A program made the position numbers and the translations under genes. Shown here one piece after another: positions 38,192 to 52,303 of a stretch of 64,000 nt of DNA. Each line of letters begins with the position of its first letter. The stretch's first letter is position 1. The DNA lies in the NCBI GenBank assembly GCA_964016885.1, contig OZ024743.1, forward strand, positions 222,890,001-222,954,000, in the 5' to 3' direction. This stretch comes from Eledone cirrhosa. Its lineage: Eukaryota. The notes under the pieces are model-generated. The model was not told where the DNA came from, did no database searches, and saw nothing but the letters and a program-made list of their open reading frames with translations.

Positions 38192-39054
38192 TTAAAGAAC
38201 TGGATTCCCAACAACATAGTTACAGCTTTGGTCCCACAATTGTTTTCTACTATAGCCTCAAATAACATTGGGTAGACAGAAACTGATCAAAGTTGACCAA
38301 GGACTAAATGTGTGTTGGACCTCGATCGGTTCTAACAAGTGTCTCAGTTATTCAAACAACAAAACAGTCTACTTGTGAAATTAATGTGTAAGTAGCTGAG
38401 CATTACACAAATACCTTTAACAAATTATTGATAAGAGTGCAGGAACATATGTGTGGGGTGGGGCTCCAGTTTGTCTGAGTGGTCAGTTAGACCATGATGA
38501 TGATGATGATAATGATCCAGCATAATACAGTGTGTAATAAAGTTAGCCCATTGAATTACTGGTACAGCTCAATTTTACCAGCTGAGTGGACTGAAGCAAC
38601 ATGAAATAAAGTGTCTTGCCCAAGGATAATGCAATACTGGGAACTAAATTTATAATTTTATGATCATGAGCTAAACACCCTGACCACTAAGTCGTCTTCA
38701 GAGCTAAATAGTAACCCTCTAAAATTTGTTTAACTTGGGTTCATTCATCATTTCTACATGTTTTTTTCCCTTGTTTACATGAGTATCACACCAAGATCTT
38801 TTCCTATTTTCTAATTAAATTAAATATTGCTTACTTTTTATATTAAAGTTCCTAATCAGTGAATGTTTTTTCATTAAAATCCTATATATTCTTTGTCATT
38901 CTAAGGTCTGCTATGTACAGGTAAATCTATATGACTGAAATATGTCTAGAGATGTCACAGATTAGACATACTGTGCACTGCATGAACCCCATTCAATTTT
39001 GAATAAATTAGAATTTATAAATAATCTCCTTTGCCTTTCATAAGAATTATCTGT

Positions 39055-39510
39055 ATTCATGCCAACCCTTACCTATGGTGATGAACCTTGGGTAATGACC
39101 AAAAGAATAGGATCACAAATACAAGTGATGAAAATGGGGTTACCTTGAAGGGTCTTTGGAGTCATGTTATTTGATAGAATGCATAGCTCAGAGATCAGAG
39201 AGTCACTCAAGGTAGAGCCGCTACTTTTCCGAATTGAGAGATCACACCTCCAATACTATGGGCGTGTGTTTAGAATATCGCGGTAAAGAATCGCTGGACA
39301 GATTTTATGGGCAAAACCAGCTAGAAGGAGACCCAGGGGTAGAACCCAAGCAAGGTGGCTGGATATCATCCATGAGCTTAGCTGGTCTTCCTTGGGGATC
39401 CAGCCAGATCAGTTGAAGATGGTGGCTTCTGACAGGACCTGCTGGAAGGAGTGTTTGAGGACTCTGCCCCCTTACAATCCTCTCAGGAGTAAGTGGGCTA
39501 AGGAGATAAT
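39055..39510 (+). mobile_element. RTE (Expander-like) 3' fragment
   Basis: PTLTYGDEPWVMTKRIGSQIQ...SSEIRESLKVEPLLFRIERSHL. Confidence 0.75.
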
Positions 39511-39869
39511 GAGTGTTTGTCTTTTCATTACAAAAGAACTTGACTAATCTACCAGTAATGAAAAATATAATAATTCTGATTTTAATAATTGTTTTGGTTT
39601 ACTATGTCAGTTTCCAATATATTTTATAGTCTTATTCGAGACATATAAGTATCGACATAAAATGAACTGATTATAATCATCCTTTCTCAATAGATACCAA
39701 TAATCTTATAGAAAAGGAAGGAACCAAACATCAGATTGAACCAAGGTTACACTGGTCTTTTCATTTGTGATACCATCAACCAGGTTAAACTCCCGGTAGG
39801 AAGCAGTAGGACTGAAACTCAGAATACACAGATCCAGATCAGATACTGCAAAGCATTCCCACGAGTGTA

Positions 39870-40430
39870 CTTGTTATTCAAAGAGCCAGCCTTATCACAC
39901 ACACAGTGTCACGCCGAATCTCCTTGAGAATTACGTCAAGAGTACGTGTCTATGAAATATTGTCACTTGCACGTTAATACAAGCTGGATTAACTGTAATT
40001 CAAGGGGTCAGCCTTGTCATACCCAATCTCTCAGAACTGCGTCAAGGACATGCATGTCTTAGAAATACTCAACCACTAGCACGTTAATACAATGCTGAAT
40101 CTCCCTGAGAATTACGTTGAGGACACGTGTGTCTAAGGAATGCTTAGTTACTTGCATGCTGTTCCGTTGTTCGAAGTGGAACACTCGTCGTCGGGACCGA
40201 CATACGTACAACACACACACGTGTCTTGTGTCACGCCGAATCTCCGAGAACAGCATCAAGGATACGCATGTTTATGAAATGCTCAGTCACTTGCACGTTA
40301 ATACAAGATGGACTGTACCTGTAATTCAAAGGAATCAGCCTCGTCACATACTTTGTCATGCTGAATCTCCCTGAGAACTATGTCAAGGACACTCATGTTT
40401 ATGGAATGCTCAGTCACTTACACGTCAAAT
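39870..40430. repeat. Array of fragments of a dispersed repeat
   Basis: gccgaatctccctgagaa.tacgtcaagga.ac.cgtgt.tatggaatgctcagtcacttgcacgttaat recurs about 5 times. Confidence 0.75.
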
Positions 40431-41038
40431 TTCTGTTGGTCGAATACCTGGAAAACAAGTCGTCGGAATGGACGAAGGTCCAACAATGACATATGAGAAG
40501 ATAAATTTTAAGTTTACCGCCGAGAGAGGAGTTCAAAGCGGGAGTAAATAAACCTGGCAAGTGCATTGGAACTTCGCATGCTGGGAATGTAACCGTATAT
40601 ATAGAATGGACCAATCACAACGTCTCGTTCTGGGTCGAAGAGGGAGAGTGTTCTCAATGACGGTGACGATGATAGTGACAGTGACAGTTAGGGAGGGAAG
40701 GTATACAGAGACAGAGAGAGTAGCGTTAACAGTAGTGACGGAGGGGAAGTTACAGAGAGATAGAGAAATGTTTCTAACGGCTGAGAGTGACTGTTAATTG
40801 AATGAAGGGGAGGAAGGGCAAATAAAAGAAAGTAGAATTGGTAATAATTATAAAAAGAGGGTGACAAAGAAGTGAAGTAAAATTCAGTAAGTGCGCCGTT
40901 AGAGTAAAAGTGGGAGTTGAGAGACGGACTAAGAGAAAAGAGTTGGAAGAAGTGTGAGGAAAAGTGGAGACATCCTAGGCCTAAGGCCTGGTCTCACTTG
41001 TTAATTATTTTAAGGGAGTTTCCAAATTTATTTAAACT
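40420..41038 (+). promoter_or_regulatory. Putative CCNF promoter/5' UTR (possibly bidirectional)
   Basis: Local CpG enrichment; ATTGG 40565-40569, CCAAT 40611-40615, TTCAAA (reverse CHR-like) 40532-40537 next to GCGGGA; purine-rich leader up to ATG 41039. Confidence 0.5.
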
Positions 41039-41045
41039 ATGAAAG
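41039..41045 (+). CDS. CCNF: Cyclin F putative coding exon 1 (ATG AAA G|gtttgt)
   Basis: Exon at 45447 needs 1 upstream nt (phase 1) and an ATG. ATGAAAG followed by GT here gives M-K-V-I-R. It lies just downstream of a CpG/CCAAT-rich segment. Inference only. Confidence 0.55.
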
Positions 41046-41937
41046 GTTTGTCAATTCTTAGATCTATAATTTTATTTAATCTTTTTGCTTTGTTTCTTTT
41101 CAACATTTAATTTTGTTTAACTTATGTGAAAGTTGTTTTGTGTATTTGAATGATTAACCCTTCTGTTTTCAATTTAAATACCTGGATGGGACAACATTTA
41201 CCGTCTATGTCAACCCTTAATATTTAATTATTTCACGAAACTGAACATAACATTTTCAACATTTATTACAATTAATGTGACCATTCTAATATTTTAAGTA
41301 TATAAATTGTATATTTAAAAACAAAACCCGTTTGACTCCAAAATAAAATTCTAATATGTAACCATTTAAAAACATGTTTCATTTTTAAAATAATTTAAAT
41401 TTGAAAACTTATATTTAGTTATTTGTATCCACACCAGTTTATATTTTTTTAACGATTATTTTTCAAAATAGAATATTTTCTGATGGTATGTCATTTTACA
41501 AAGTACTATCTAGTTATTTTTTTCACTTAGATAGTTTAAATTTATTTAAGTACACCAGAAATATATTCTATGCATTTAATGTCGATTACAGTAATATTAG
41601 GAAGAATGGTTAAGTACAATTCCCGACTCGGTGTACAGTAGAAACTCCTGTGATCCGGTTTCGATACCCATTTAAAACCGTTTCACAGACACTTGCCTAT
41701 CATTGGGAAATACATGTCATATAATCCAATTTACCCTCTTTAAAATATAACGTTTCCTGAATACTGAAGTTATGGGAGAAATTAAATTTTATAAACCCTT
41801 TTTGTTTTTGTTTTTATAATACATTTAAAATTTTGAACTTCTTTTTTGATACATTAACATCTTTGAAAAGGCATGAACTTCACAACCTCCCATATCCCTT
41901 CCTCCCTTGCAATATAGAGCTGTTTTCAGTTAAAATA

Positions 41938-41970
<33 letters not shown>

Positions 41971-43305
41971 AGTTGCTAAGAAATGTATATATGTTATTGT
42001 ATTCAAATTTCTAATGTGATATGTTAGATAGCTGTTAATTACCGTTAGGCCGAGCCCTAAAACATGTTGGTGTCCGTTGTAGGGAAACCGTTGATACCTT
42101 ACAAGCACCCCCTCCTCCCTCTCCTGTCACTGATCGTAACTGATCGTCTTCACAAAAACACTTTAATTTAATGACTTGTTTTGAACATTTCATACAATTA
42201 TTAAACATTTTATAGATATATTGAACTATTTATTTCTACAGTCCCCCTGTTAATTTTTCTCCTAGTTCAACGTTAACTGGAATGTTTTGGGGGGGGTTTT
42301 GATAGAGGGAAACACCAGCATCCCCCGTTATAGTGTGTAATTAAGTGTACATGTCTTATTTCTTTAATTTCTATTGATTTTTATAAATTGTTTAAATGAG
42401 TTCAAATCCAGCCTAAGTCAACTTTGCATTTCATTTGTCGATAAAATAAAATCCTGAGATAGATTTAATCGACTTTCCCTGACATTGTATCGAAATTGTT
42501 TGAATCAATACAATGTTTAGCTTGAAATTTTCAGAATTTCAGAAAATATAATTTTAAATTACTTTTAATAATATAGTGCAGTTTTTTAACTGCATGAATT
42601 TGTGTATATGTATGTAATATAAATTTTATTGATGTTTCTTTCGTAAATCATATAAAATGGTATTGTGTACAAGGTGTTTTAATAGAAAAAAAAAAATTTC
42701 CAAGTTAATGTATAGGTCTATGTATTAACTTCGAAGTTACTGTCACTCTTTATTCTGCACATATATGCCTGTAGTGTGTGTGTGTATATATATATATTAG
42801 ATACACACCTAATGAATGGCAAGTTTTTTTTTCTAAGTTTAACAGTTGAGTGAATGAATGAAATGGATAGAAATGATGTTTGAGTTAAACTAGTATAAGG
42901 GGGCGAAGCACACAGATCCTTATATAATCTTGTATTGTTCTTCTTATTTTGACAACTTTAAATTTATACATTTTACCTTGTTCTCTTCAAACCCTAACCG
43001 CTCTCAACTTTTAACGGACTTATAACTCCCCCTCCTCCCACCATCACAAGGCAATCCTCCCAACTTTCCCTCCTTTTACTTGCCGCCACTTGTTTTTTAT
43101 CATTTTGGATTTTTTTTGCATAACTTGGACTTATTTATTTAATTATATATTAAAACTGTTTTTAATTCTCAACCTCTTAATACTCTTTCGTCTATGTATG
43201 TATTTTTGAGGTTACATGCTATAGATAAACTTTTACCTGACTACACGTGTTTTCTCGAGAACATGAAAATGATACGACCAACTTTTGTTTTACAATTTTG
43301 GCTAT

Positions 43306-43341
<36 letters not shown>

Positions 43342-43596
43342 GCTTTTTCTTTTTAGAATACAAATTTGCTGACTTTAATAAACTTTAACCCAAAGTTTTC
43401 AAATTCCCGAGATACTTTAAAACCAATTCTTTTTTATGTAAACTTATAAAAATGTCATTATGGTTCTTTCGCTTCTTTATTTCCCTCCTTGGGCTTTTAA
43501 ATATAATTTTTTTTTTTCTACTTTTTTTTGGCACAAGTCCAGAAATTACTCAGTGCATTACTGGTACTTTAATCTTTAAGATGTATTGCGTTTAAT

Positions 43597-43628
<32 letters not shown>

Positions 43629-45446
43629 CTGGAATAATTTTCTTATTGCCCGCCAGCCACTTCTTCCCTTGGGATGCTTGAAATGAAAACAAATTCCGAT
43701 TAAGCCAACGAAAATATATTCATATTAGTGTTACATATATAACACTAATATATATGAATAGATAGATTGATGTATAAATATATATTTTCAGTAAATATTT
43801 ATCGAGAAAATGTCCGTTACTATCTATCATGACAAATATATTTTTCAATCATAAATAGTTTTCCCTTCGACAGAAGCCTATTTTATGAATCGTATTTTAA
43901 ACTTTCTGCAAAATTATCTAAATAACTTATCTCTATATTTCTTATTTAATCTTCGAAGTTGTATTTTAATTTCATTCAGACTTAATTAATTCGATGTTGT
44001 GATTCCCACCATAAGTAAACTTTTCGCGGCGGTATTCCTGTTTAAGCGTATCTGAACATAATTATTTCAATTACACAATCGTATATCATATATATTGTTT
44101 ATATAATTGACAGGTCTATTTTGTGCGATTGGTGAATGTTATTTCACACTGGATATTCATTTCCTTCGCTAATTCCAGCTGGTCTCTTGTCTAGACATGT
44201 CTTGTGATCTTAAGTTTCCTTGGCGATGACACACAACAGACCGTAATTTTTTAAGCAGCTGGCACTAGTTATATAATGTGTGTGTTTATGTATATATATG
44301 TATATATACATACATTACATTGATATATATGCGTATGTTGTTACAATATTTTAGAATATCCTTCTGCTACCGTCTTTGAGTAATTTAAACAAACCTATGC
44401 CATTCTGGATTTATTTCCAACCATCGGTGATCTGTTTTACTTTCTATATTCTGTCCAAATTATGATTAGATTTCTATACAAATTGGTCCTTCCAGGTAAT
44501 TTGATTGTCGTTATTTAAGTTTCCAATTTGATTTATTCTATATTCAGTGTACATCTGTTATTTCCATCTCATTTCATTGTAAACCTTATTGGTTTGTTAA
44601 TACAAGTTTTACGAAACAACTGAATATGACTACAAACGATTGTGATCGGTGATAATTGAATAACATATTGAACGATAATGTTGAATATTTTCTATCGGAT
44701 TTTTATCTGATGACGTGCTTTATTACATTAGGCTTTGATGTGGTAAATATATAGTCTGGAAGAATATTAATTGGAGAAAATTTAGATGCAAATGTTCTTT
44801 ATTTAAGAGTAGTGATTGCTTTCGACCACTTAGTCTAAAGAAGCGCCTCTCCCTTCATCCTCATGCCAGATGCGTACCTGTATGTTGTCCCGTTTTACAT
44901 TTTGAACCTATCCAAACCTCTAAGCTGTTAACAGTTGGTAGTTTGAAGCTGTGATAGGCGGGCAAATCAGTCACAGGATGTGCACTGGTGACTAATTATA
45001 CTAGAGTGATGCTAAAGTGGGAAGGAAAGTAGTATCCGATTGAGATTTACGGGATGGATCTAAATGTTATTGGATATGGTGGTCAGTTGTTTCAGTAAAT
45101 GATAAATTGAAAGTAGGCTTTTTTAGAGAATTATTTTTTTCTAAAGGAACATAAAAGTTTATTTTAACTGGTGTTTGAAACAGGTTTCTTGCACTAATTA
45201 TGGTTGTATCATAGAACCGGGGACGGTTTGGTATCAAAGGGGTTAACTAATTTCTTTTTAACCCTCCCCCACCTTTTTCTAAAGAATAAGATTTCAGTCC
45301 TATTTCCAAATATCCCCTTTCTACCCCGGCTCTCACTTGTGGATAACTTCATTCGACATCGATTTACTGTTTTAACCATTCCTCTTATTTTTTTTTTTTT
45401 TTTTTTTTTAGACCTTATTAATTATCCATGTTTGGTTTCATTGCAG

Positions 45447-45622
45447 TGATACGAAGCTTAAGCAGCCTTCAGAGAGGGTCAGAGAGTGCTTTTATACCAA
45501 TCCATGTAACTGCAACAGGGCCACGGACCCGAAGTAGGGTCACTATATGGAATCTCCCTGAAGAAATACTTATATTACTGCTGAAAGAACTTCACATAAA
45601 AGACTTATTAAATATGAGAGCT
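45447..45622 (+). CDS. CCNF: Cyclin F exon 2 (F-box start)
   Basis: ttgcag| ... |gtaagt; encodes ...RVTIWNLPEEILILLLKELHIKDLLNMRA, an F-box LPxEIL motif. Confidence 0.93.
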
Positions 45623-46660
45623 GTAAGTTAGTGACTTCTGTTGTCCTCGTATTTTAGTTAAATTCTTCTAACTCAATTACATTTGATCTTTTGTTTTTAA
45701 TTACATTAACTACCAGTAATATATTTCAATCTATTATATTCTCTTGTCTGTAACATTTTAATCTTATGCTCAGTGGAGAGAAGGGATCTTCACCTTGGAT
45801 GGGGTGGTGGGGTTAGTATTATTTGTGTTGTAACCTGAGCTGCTGTGAAACGGGCAATTTCTTTGACTTATGCCTACATCAAAGAAAGGAATGGTCGATT
45901 TGCTATATTTTGGGAATCCTCCATGCTGTGTCATTGTTATAGTAGGTTTAGCTGGCTTCCTGCATGTTTCTCACATGTTTGGGGTGGGGCTCGGTCTTGT
46001 CATAAACAGCAATGTGAAATGAAGCATCTTGCTCAAGAGCATACTGCTCAGTCCAGGAATTGAACCCATTACCTTTTGATCATGAGTACAACACCTAAGC
46101 CACTAATCTGTTTTAACTTTGTGTGTGCATGTTTTGCAGTTGTAAATAGAGATGAGGGATAAAAAGTTATACTGTTACATATATTTCATGGCAAACCAAT
46201 TCTAATTTTCAAAAGGCTTCATGCCTTTTAAAAAATTTCTGAGTAGTCTGCAAAATAAGTTTAAAATATAACCACAGCCATATGTTCTAGGGAAGTCTCA
46301 ATTTTCCTTACTAAAAAAAAGTTTGACAGCGGAAGCCTGTGTAAATTATCTGTCTTGCTCTAGACTTAAATTATTAGGCAAAAATATTACAAACACTTGT
46401 ATCCAATCATCATTTTAACATCTGCTTTCCCTGCTAGCAAGGGTTGGACTAAGTATATGATATTTCATAAGTGTTTACTTACTAGTCTCTGTTTATATAG
46501 TTTCAGTTTGATAAAGGAAAATATGTTAACGGTGATTTGACTTTCTCAATATTGGCTTGAATTTAGCAAAATAATGGGGCAAAATGGTATTGTATTAATA
46601 GGTTGGTATTTTTTGTGTCTACTGTTGCTTTTATTTCATAACCATCAACTATATTTTCAG

Positions 46661-46767
46661 GTGCATCCCTATTTCCAAAATCTCATTGATAACAGTTTAT
46701 CTATTTGGTCTGTGGCTAACTTCCAAGACTCCTGGCCATCACCAAAAAATATCAAGCATTTTGAAAA
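46661..46767 (+). CDS. CCNF: Cyclin F exon 3
   Basis: tttcag| VHPYFQNLIDNSLSIWSVANFQDSWPSPKNIKHFE |gtaaga; matches cyclin F VH..L.DN..S.W..A.FQ..WPSP.N. Confidence 0.95.
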
Positions 46768-47244
46768 GTAAGAAAAGTTCAGAAATATTACTGTTTTGTT
46801 GGTATTTGGGTTGTTTCAAAGTAAAAAAAAAAAAATAGGGATTTGGAGCAGTGCATATCCTCTTGTTTGCAAGAATAAGCTTGCTAGATGTCGACCTAGT
46901 GGTTAGTAGAAATTATTTGCAGTATTAGAGAAGCCATCATAGTGCTGTTTTGTACGTTTCAAGAATGTCTTACTAATGTGGTTTCATGCGGTACAGGAAG
47001 TTGTGTTGATTAAAACAATATAATACTATCAAAGCTATGTAATTTATTTTAAACATGAATTTAGCAAAAAAAAAAAAAAAAATTCCAACCCAATGTTTTG
47101 TTTTTTTTGTTTTTTTTTTACGTTGAATATTATCTAAATTACTTCAATTTTCGGGTCATAAGTTGTGGTTTTATTTTAATACAAGATTGTAAATTTGTAG
47201 TATATATGATATATGAAAGTTAATGTTAATCTTCTATTTTCCAG

Positions 47245-47312
47245 TGCTGCCAATCAGTGTAATGTTGAAGCTCTGGTGAAATTAGCTCTGGCACATCTTT
47301 ATAATGAAGGAT
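47245..47312 (+). CDS. CCNF: Cyclin F exon 4
   Basis: ttccag| AANQCNVEALVKLALAHLYNEG |gtatgt; phase 2 in, phase 1 out. Confidence 0.95.
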
Positions 47313-47740
47313 GTATGTATCAACTCTTCTCGGCTTTATTTCATAAACACTACATGCTACAATTAGAACTAACTTTGACTTGTAATATAAAACTTAAATT
47401 TTCTTTCTCATTCCATTTCTCACTCTCGTGTTGTTTATTAAAAAAATTCTTGCCTTAAATACAATAAAGTTGTATCTTTTTAAAATATGTTCCAATGTTT
47501 GAAACACCAGCTTAATAATGAGAAAGTTAGTTGTATTACTAAATTCCTCAAGTTTTGATTTTCAAAATTAATTGAAAATCATAGGCAGCAGTATCTTTAA
47601 CTAGAAACATTTTTGTTTTTATATTTATCTAAAAACCTATCATGATTATTTGTAAGAACCTTTGTTCCAAACCCCAGCTTAATAGTAAGTTATATTAGAA
47701 AAATACTAACAGAAGGATTATGGTTTTTTTTTTTTTTCAG

Positions 47741-47931
47741 TGCCTGGTGATAAAGAAAATAAACAAATAACACATAATGGCTTTGTTGCTGCTGAAATGT
47801 TTTGTAAAGTAGAAAGGCTGTGTTCTGGTTCTGATCCTTTCTGTTGGCTCTTTATTCGTCCGCCTTGGTCTTTAAATGGTGCTTGCTGCAAAGAATGTGT
47901 TTTTACCTACCTCAGAATCTATTTACATAGA
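47741..47931 (+). CDS. CCNF: Cyclin F exon 5
   Basis: tttcag| ...PFCWLFIRPPWSLNGACCK... |gtaagt; WLFIRPPWS is a cyclin F signature. Confidence 0.97.
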
Positions 47932-48996
47932 GTAAGTTTTTTTCTTTTTGTTTTCAATCACTCATGATGATGATGATGATGAGATGATTCAGCATGTATA
48001 ATCTTTAATTCCTAATGTCCAGTAGCAAGACATGAATTGTCAATAATTTGAGGAATTAATAGCTGAGAATATTTTGATTTTTGAAAATGTTTGATGTAAG
48101 CTTTCTTACTAAATTGCATCTAATTTATTTACATTTTCCATATATTTCAAGTGTACCTTTTTGTAATATTGTAACAAATTAATTGCGCATATAAAAATGG
48201 GTTTTATATGCAGTGATGCCATCATATTGTGAAAGTCTTTTGCTTTAAAATTTATGGTATTTTTAAAGATACTATAAACATTTCAGTTAAACACTTCTTT
48301 GGATAATTTTTCTGCTAAATCATTACAAGATGTTAAAAGTTAAGTGGTTTTTAAAACCTTCCATCATAATTTTGTTAGCTCTTGACATCCTGTAATGATT
48401 TAGCAGAAAATATTTAAAATCGGGTTTATTAATTTAAATGTCTATAGTATCATTATGCAACAGATTGTTGTACAAATTTTCAATATAAAACTTGTTTAAT
48501 GTGATGCAGTGTCATTGCAAGATTGTCGTATAGAAAAGAGTTGAATAAGGTTCTAAATATCAACTTATAAATGAAAAAACTTACTCCTTGGCATATATCT
48601 GAATATATACAGTATGTGGCCAAAAAAAACGATGGTAAAATGGCTTATATTCAAGTATATATATATGGTAGTTATTTTCCTACTCCACACTATAAAATGG
48701 GCGTGTAGGTGACATGACAAAAAGCACCCAGCTCGTACTGTAAATGTGTTTGGCATTGGGAAGGGCATCCAGCCATAGAAATCTAGCCAGAAACAGTCTT
48801 ATATGAGCAAGACATGGTTACCTGACCTAACTTGCCTCTAATGGGACAACCCACTTAACCCATGCTAGCATGGAAAATGGATGTTAAACGATGAATTCCT
48901 CCAAATTTGTGGTTATTTTCAGAATTAATTGAAACAATATTGGCAACGTAATTTTATTAGAAATATGTTAATAAGGTTTAATGCGTGTTATTTCAG

Positions 48997-49152
48997 GTAG
49001 TTGATCCTAAGATACAGGTGTGTGTTGTAAAGACTATAATGCTTCTTGAAGAAGGAAGTGAACAAGAAGCACTGTCACTGCTGGAAGAAGCCAAAGAGCA
49101 GGGATCTGCTGCTGCTGCTTTCATGTTATGGGCAAAGAAATATATAAACAAT
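48997..49152 (+). CDS. CCNF: Cyclin F exon 6
   Basis: tttcag| VVDPKIQ...LEEAKEQGSAAAAFMLWAKKYINN |gtaagt; phase 0/0. Confidence 0.9.
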
Positions 49153-49649
49153 GTAAGTTTGTTTTCCTTTTTTTTTTTTTCAGTCCAATGTGGCTGTTGA
49201 TAAATTGCTCTAAATGACTTGTCATATTAAAAGATGTATGTAAATAAGGCTGACTAGCAACGTTTTTCTCCTCCTCCCCATTTTTCTTTTTATTCATGTC
49301 TGTCTTCCTTTACCTTTCTGTTTCTATCCTCCGATGGATTACTATCCAAAATGTCTCTTTTCCAACTGTAGTAGGTCTTCATCATATTATGTCTGCTTTT
49401 CCCTGCTTGCAAGGGTGGGATGGGTCCTATTCAGCACAGCATCTTTCCATTCGTCATGGTACTTCATCTCCTCTGTGAGCTTCATCAATCTGAGATCAGC
49501 TCACACCACCTCCATGTCTTATACAAATTTATTCTATTTTACATGTTTTATTTACGTTGACTTGACTATGTGTGTGGCTGGACTTGTTACTACAATGTGG
49601 ATTACTATACAAATTAAACAAATTTTGTTCTGTTTTTCTGTTACAATAG

Positions 49650-49882
49650 CAAATTCTAGAACGTTCTGAAGAACTAGAGAGCATCAGAAAACTACGTGAT
49701 ATTGCCAGCAGTGGGAACCTAAATGCTCAACTCAACCTTTGCCATTATTATGCTTCCTCAAAGTTTGGGGGACTCCATCAAACCCAAGCTGCTACTTTCA
49801 TCAGGGATTTTGTGCAATCTTCAAAGTCTTCTTCAATTCAAAAGATATTCCGTTGCAATCATGAACTCACCCCAAATATGAG
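49650..49882 (+). CDS. CCNF: Cyclin F exon 7
   Basis: caatag| QILERSEELESIRKLRDIASSGNLNAQLNL...ELTPNMR |gtaatt; not in ORF track (no start codon); 233 nt, phase 0/2. Confidence 0.92.
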
Positions 49883-50241
49883 GTAATTTCAGATTCCTAA
49901 ATCTTTGTATGTAAAGACAGTTTTGTTAACAATATTATGGATGAAGTTTTTTTTTTTTTTTTTTGAATTTTACATTTTGAAGAGGAACAATTAAAATTCT
50001 GAAGAAAAATGTTGTTAGTCCATGGAAAAAAGGGGAAGGTGCTATAAACTTTTTTTTTTTTTTTTTTTTTTTGTACCCTTAGAATCATGCGCTAAATTCT
50101 AAGTAGTTTCTCAGCTAGAAATACCTAAATATGCAAAAGGTTTGGGGTGGGGGGTTTACATAATCATAATCCATGTTCAAAATATCGTTTTTGTTTGCCC
50201 CCCAAAAAAATTTTTTATTTTTTTTTTTTTTTTTGTTTCAG

Positions 50242-50406
50242 GTATATTTTGGTTGATTGGCTTGTGGAAGTTGCTGAGATGAAGGAATTGTCTAGTCAAA
50301 CTTTACATGCTTCCATTGCTTTAATGGATCGCTATTTAAAAATCCATCCGACATCCAGAGGGGTTTTGCAGCTTCTTGGTGTAGTGTCGATGTTAGTTTG
50401 TTCAAG
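50242..50406 (+). CDS. CCNF: Cyclin F exon 8 (cyclin box N)
   Basis: tttcag| YILVDWLVEVAEMK...DRYL...LQLLGVVSMLVCSR |gtgagt; completes the MRYIL hydrophobic patch. Confidence 0.97.
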
Positions 50407-51269
50407 GTGAGTCTATTCTAACTGACAGCTATAACATGCATGAAATTTTGTTAGTGTAGATATATAAAAAGGGCTCTGTTAGGTTTTTAAATGCTTTAGA
50501 AATACCATGTCAATATAGTGCCCCTACAACTCCCTCAGGAGTTATGGGTGAAGAGAGCTTTTACCATTGGTCTTCCCATTGCATTACTATCAGCTAAATA
50601 CAAATTCTGGCAGTATAGCTTTTTTTTTTTTAGTAACAAGAGGGATTTGAGCACAGAACTGGAACACTGAAAGGATAGAAAGCAAAATTTCCTTAGCTGA
50701 ATTTGTGCTCAAGAGCCAAAAACCAGAAGAAACACCAAGACATTTAATCTGAGGCTCTAACAACTCGGCTGATAAAAATATTGGTCTGTAATTTGTTCCC
50801 TTAAAAACTGGCTGAATATGAGGTCGTAATTTATTTTTTTTAATGTTAGCCTATCTTGTTTAGGTAATCTTGTTAGACATTAGTGATTTGAGTTTATTCA
50901 GGACAGAAAGGGCCTCTGGGTTGGGTGTTTGAGAGGAAGGTATAATCATACTGGACATCTGGCTCAAATTCTTGCAATAGTGTTCTGTTAAAGACACCCA
51001 AGGCCAGGTTGTAGTGTGAAACTTGGTGACGTCTAGTGCTATCCAGGTAGACAACTGAATTTGAACTGAAAGTAAAAAGAGCTGAAATAAAAACTGCAAG
51101 ACATCTCATTTGGCAATGTTATGTTACTGTCAATTCACTACTCTGGGCTGGTACCTTATTTTATTGATCACCAAATATATGAAAAGCATGTTTAACTGTT
51201 GGGATTTGAATCCAGCACACAGGAAACTGAAATCAGTATTGCAAGGCATTTTGTCTCTTGTGTAACTGC

Positions 51270-51455
51270 CATTTAAACCAGCCATATCTGGTCGGAATTA
51301 TGTGACTTTCTGTTCAAACTGGCTGTAACCGGCCACTCGTACTGATATTAAGGTATTGTTCTCAAAATAAATATCAATATTATGAGATAATTATGAGGAA
51401 TAAAGCTTTTACTGTGAAAATACAATAGTAAATATAGAGTAATGTAAAGGGTTAA
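51270..51455. mobile_element. piggyBac-type MITE, partial
   Basis: Same family, reverse orientation relative to the 61190 copy. Confidence 0.75.
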
Positions 51456-51636
51456 TGTGGAAATATTCTGTTACTATTTAAAATGTGGGAGTGTTTTTTT
51501 GTTTTTTTCTTGATACATTTCCATATCTTTTTACATTGGTTGGACAGTGTTTTTCCAACACAGCTTCCCTATCACCTACTTCACTCCTTTGTTTTGAAGT
51601 CTATTTTATAAAATCTTTACTTATTTTATTTGCTAG

Positions 51637-51760
51637 GTATTTAGGTAAAGATATAATAACAATACGTGAGGCGGCTTGGTTAACTGACAACACATACAAA
51701 TATGAAGATGTTGTGAAAATGATGGGGGAAATTGTGGCAACATTAAAAGGGAATATCAGG
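51637..51760 (+). CDS. CCNF: Cyclin F exon 9
   Basis: gctag| YLGKDIITIREAAWLTDNTYKYEDVVKMMGEIVATLKGNIR |gtaagt. Confidence 0.97.
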
Positions 51761-52303
51761 GTAAGTCACCTTTTTTGTTGAGATATTTACCAAAACTAGA
51801 AACTAAAAATATATAGTTTGCATGAAGCATTAATATATGGTTAAAATTGTTTTTGAAAAGCCAATATAATGCAAATTAGAAAATAAAGGAGTATAAATTA
51901 GAGTAAGACAAACAAAAGTTTTACATTTTTACTTTATATTTCATATTTTGGATTTAGGACTCTTTTGTCAAAGGGAAATGGAGTGTGGTGGCGATGACTG
52001 AGCTCTTCTGTGTTTCTCACTTGCATTGTACTGGCTTTCCTAAAACGAAGTACTTTAACATTTTTTTATACCAACCTGGCAAAGATTGCCTCAATCTAAT
52101 TTTGATATAAAACTGCTCCCATTTTAAAATGCTTGGAATTTTCTCACTTGCATTTGTTAAAGCAGCATATTTAAATTAAAACCTGCCCTTTAGAATTTTT
52201 TTTCTCTGAACATTTCATGTTCCAAACACCAGCCAAGTTATTTTATATACATCTCTCCAAATTTTTGTCTTTTGAAATTCATATGCATTTTTCTCCTTTT
52301 CAG

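Noticed and set aside
45428-45446. ATG 45428 as CCNF start
   Set aside because: Lies inside a pyrimidine-rich acceptor region ending ttgcag; an upstream exon is more likely.
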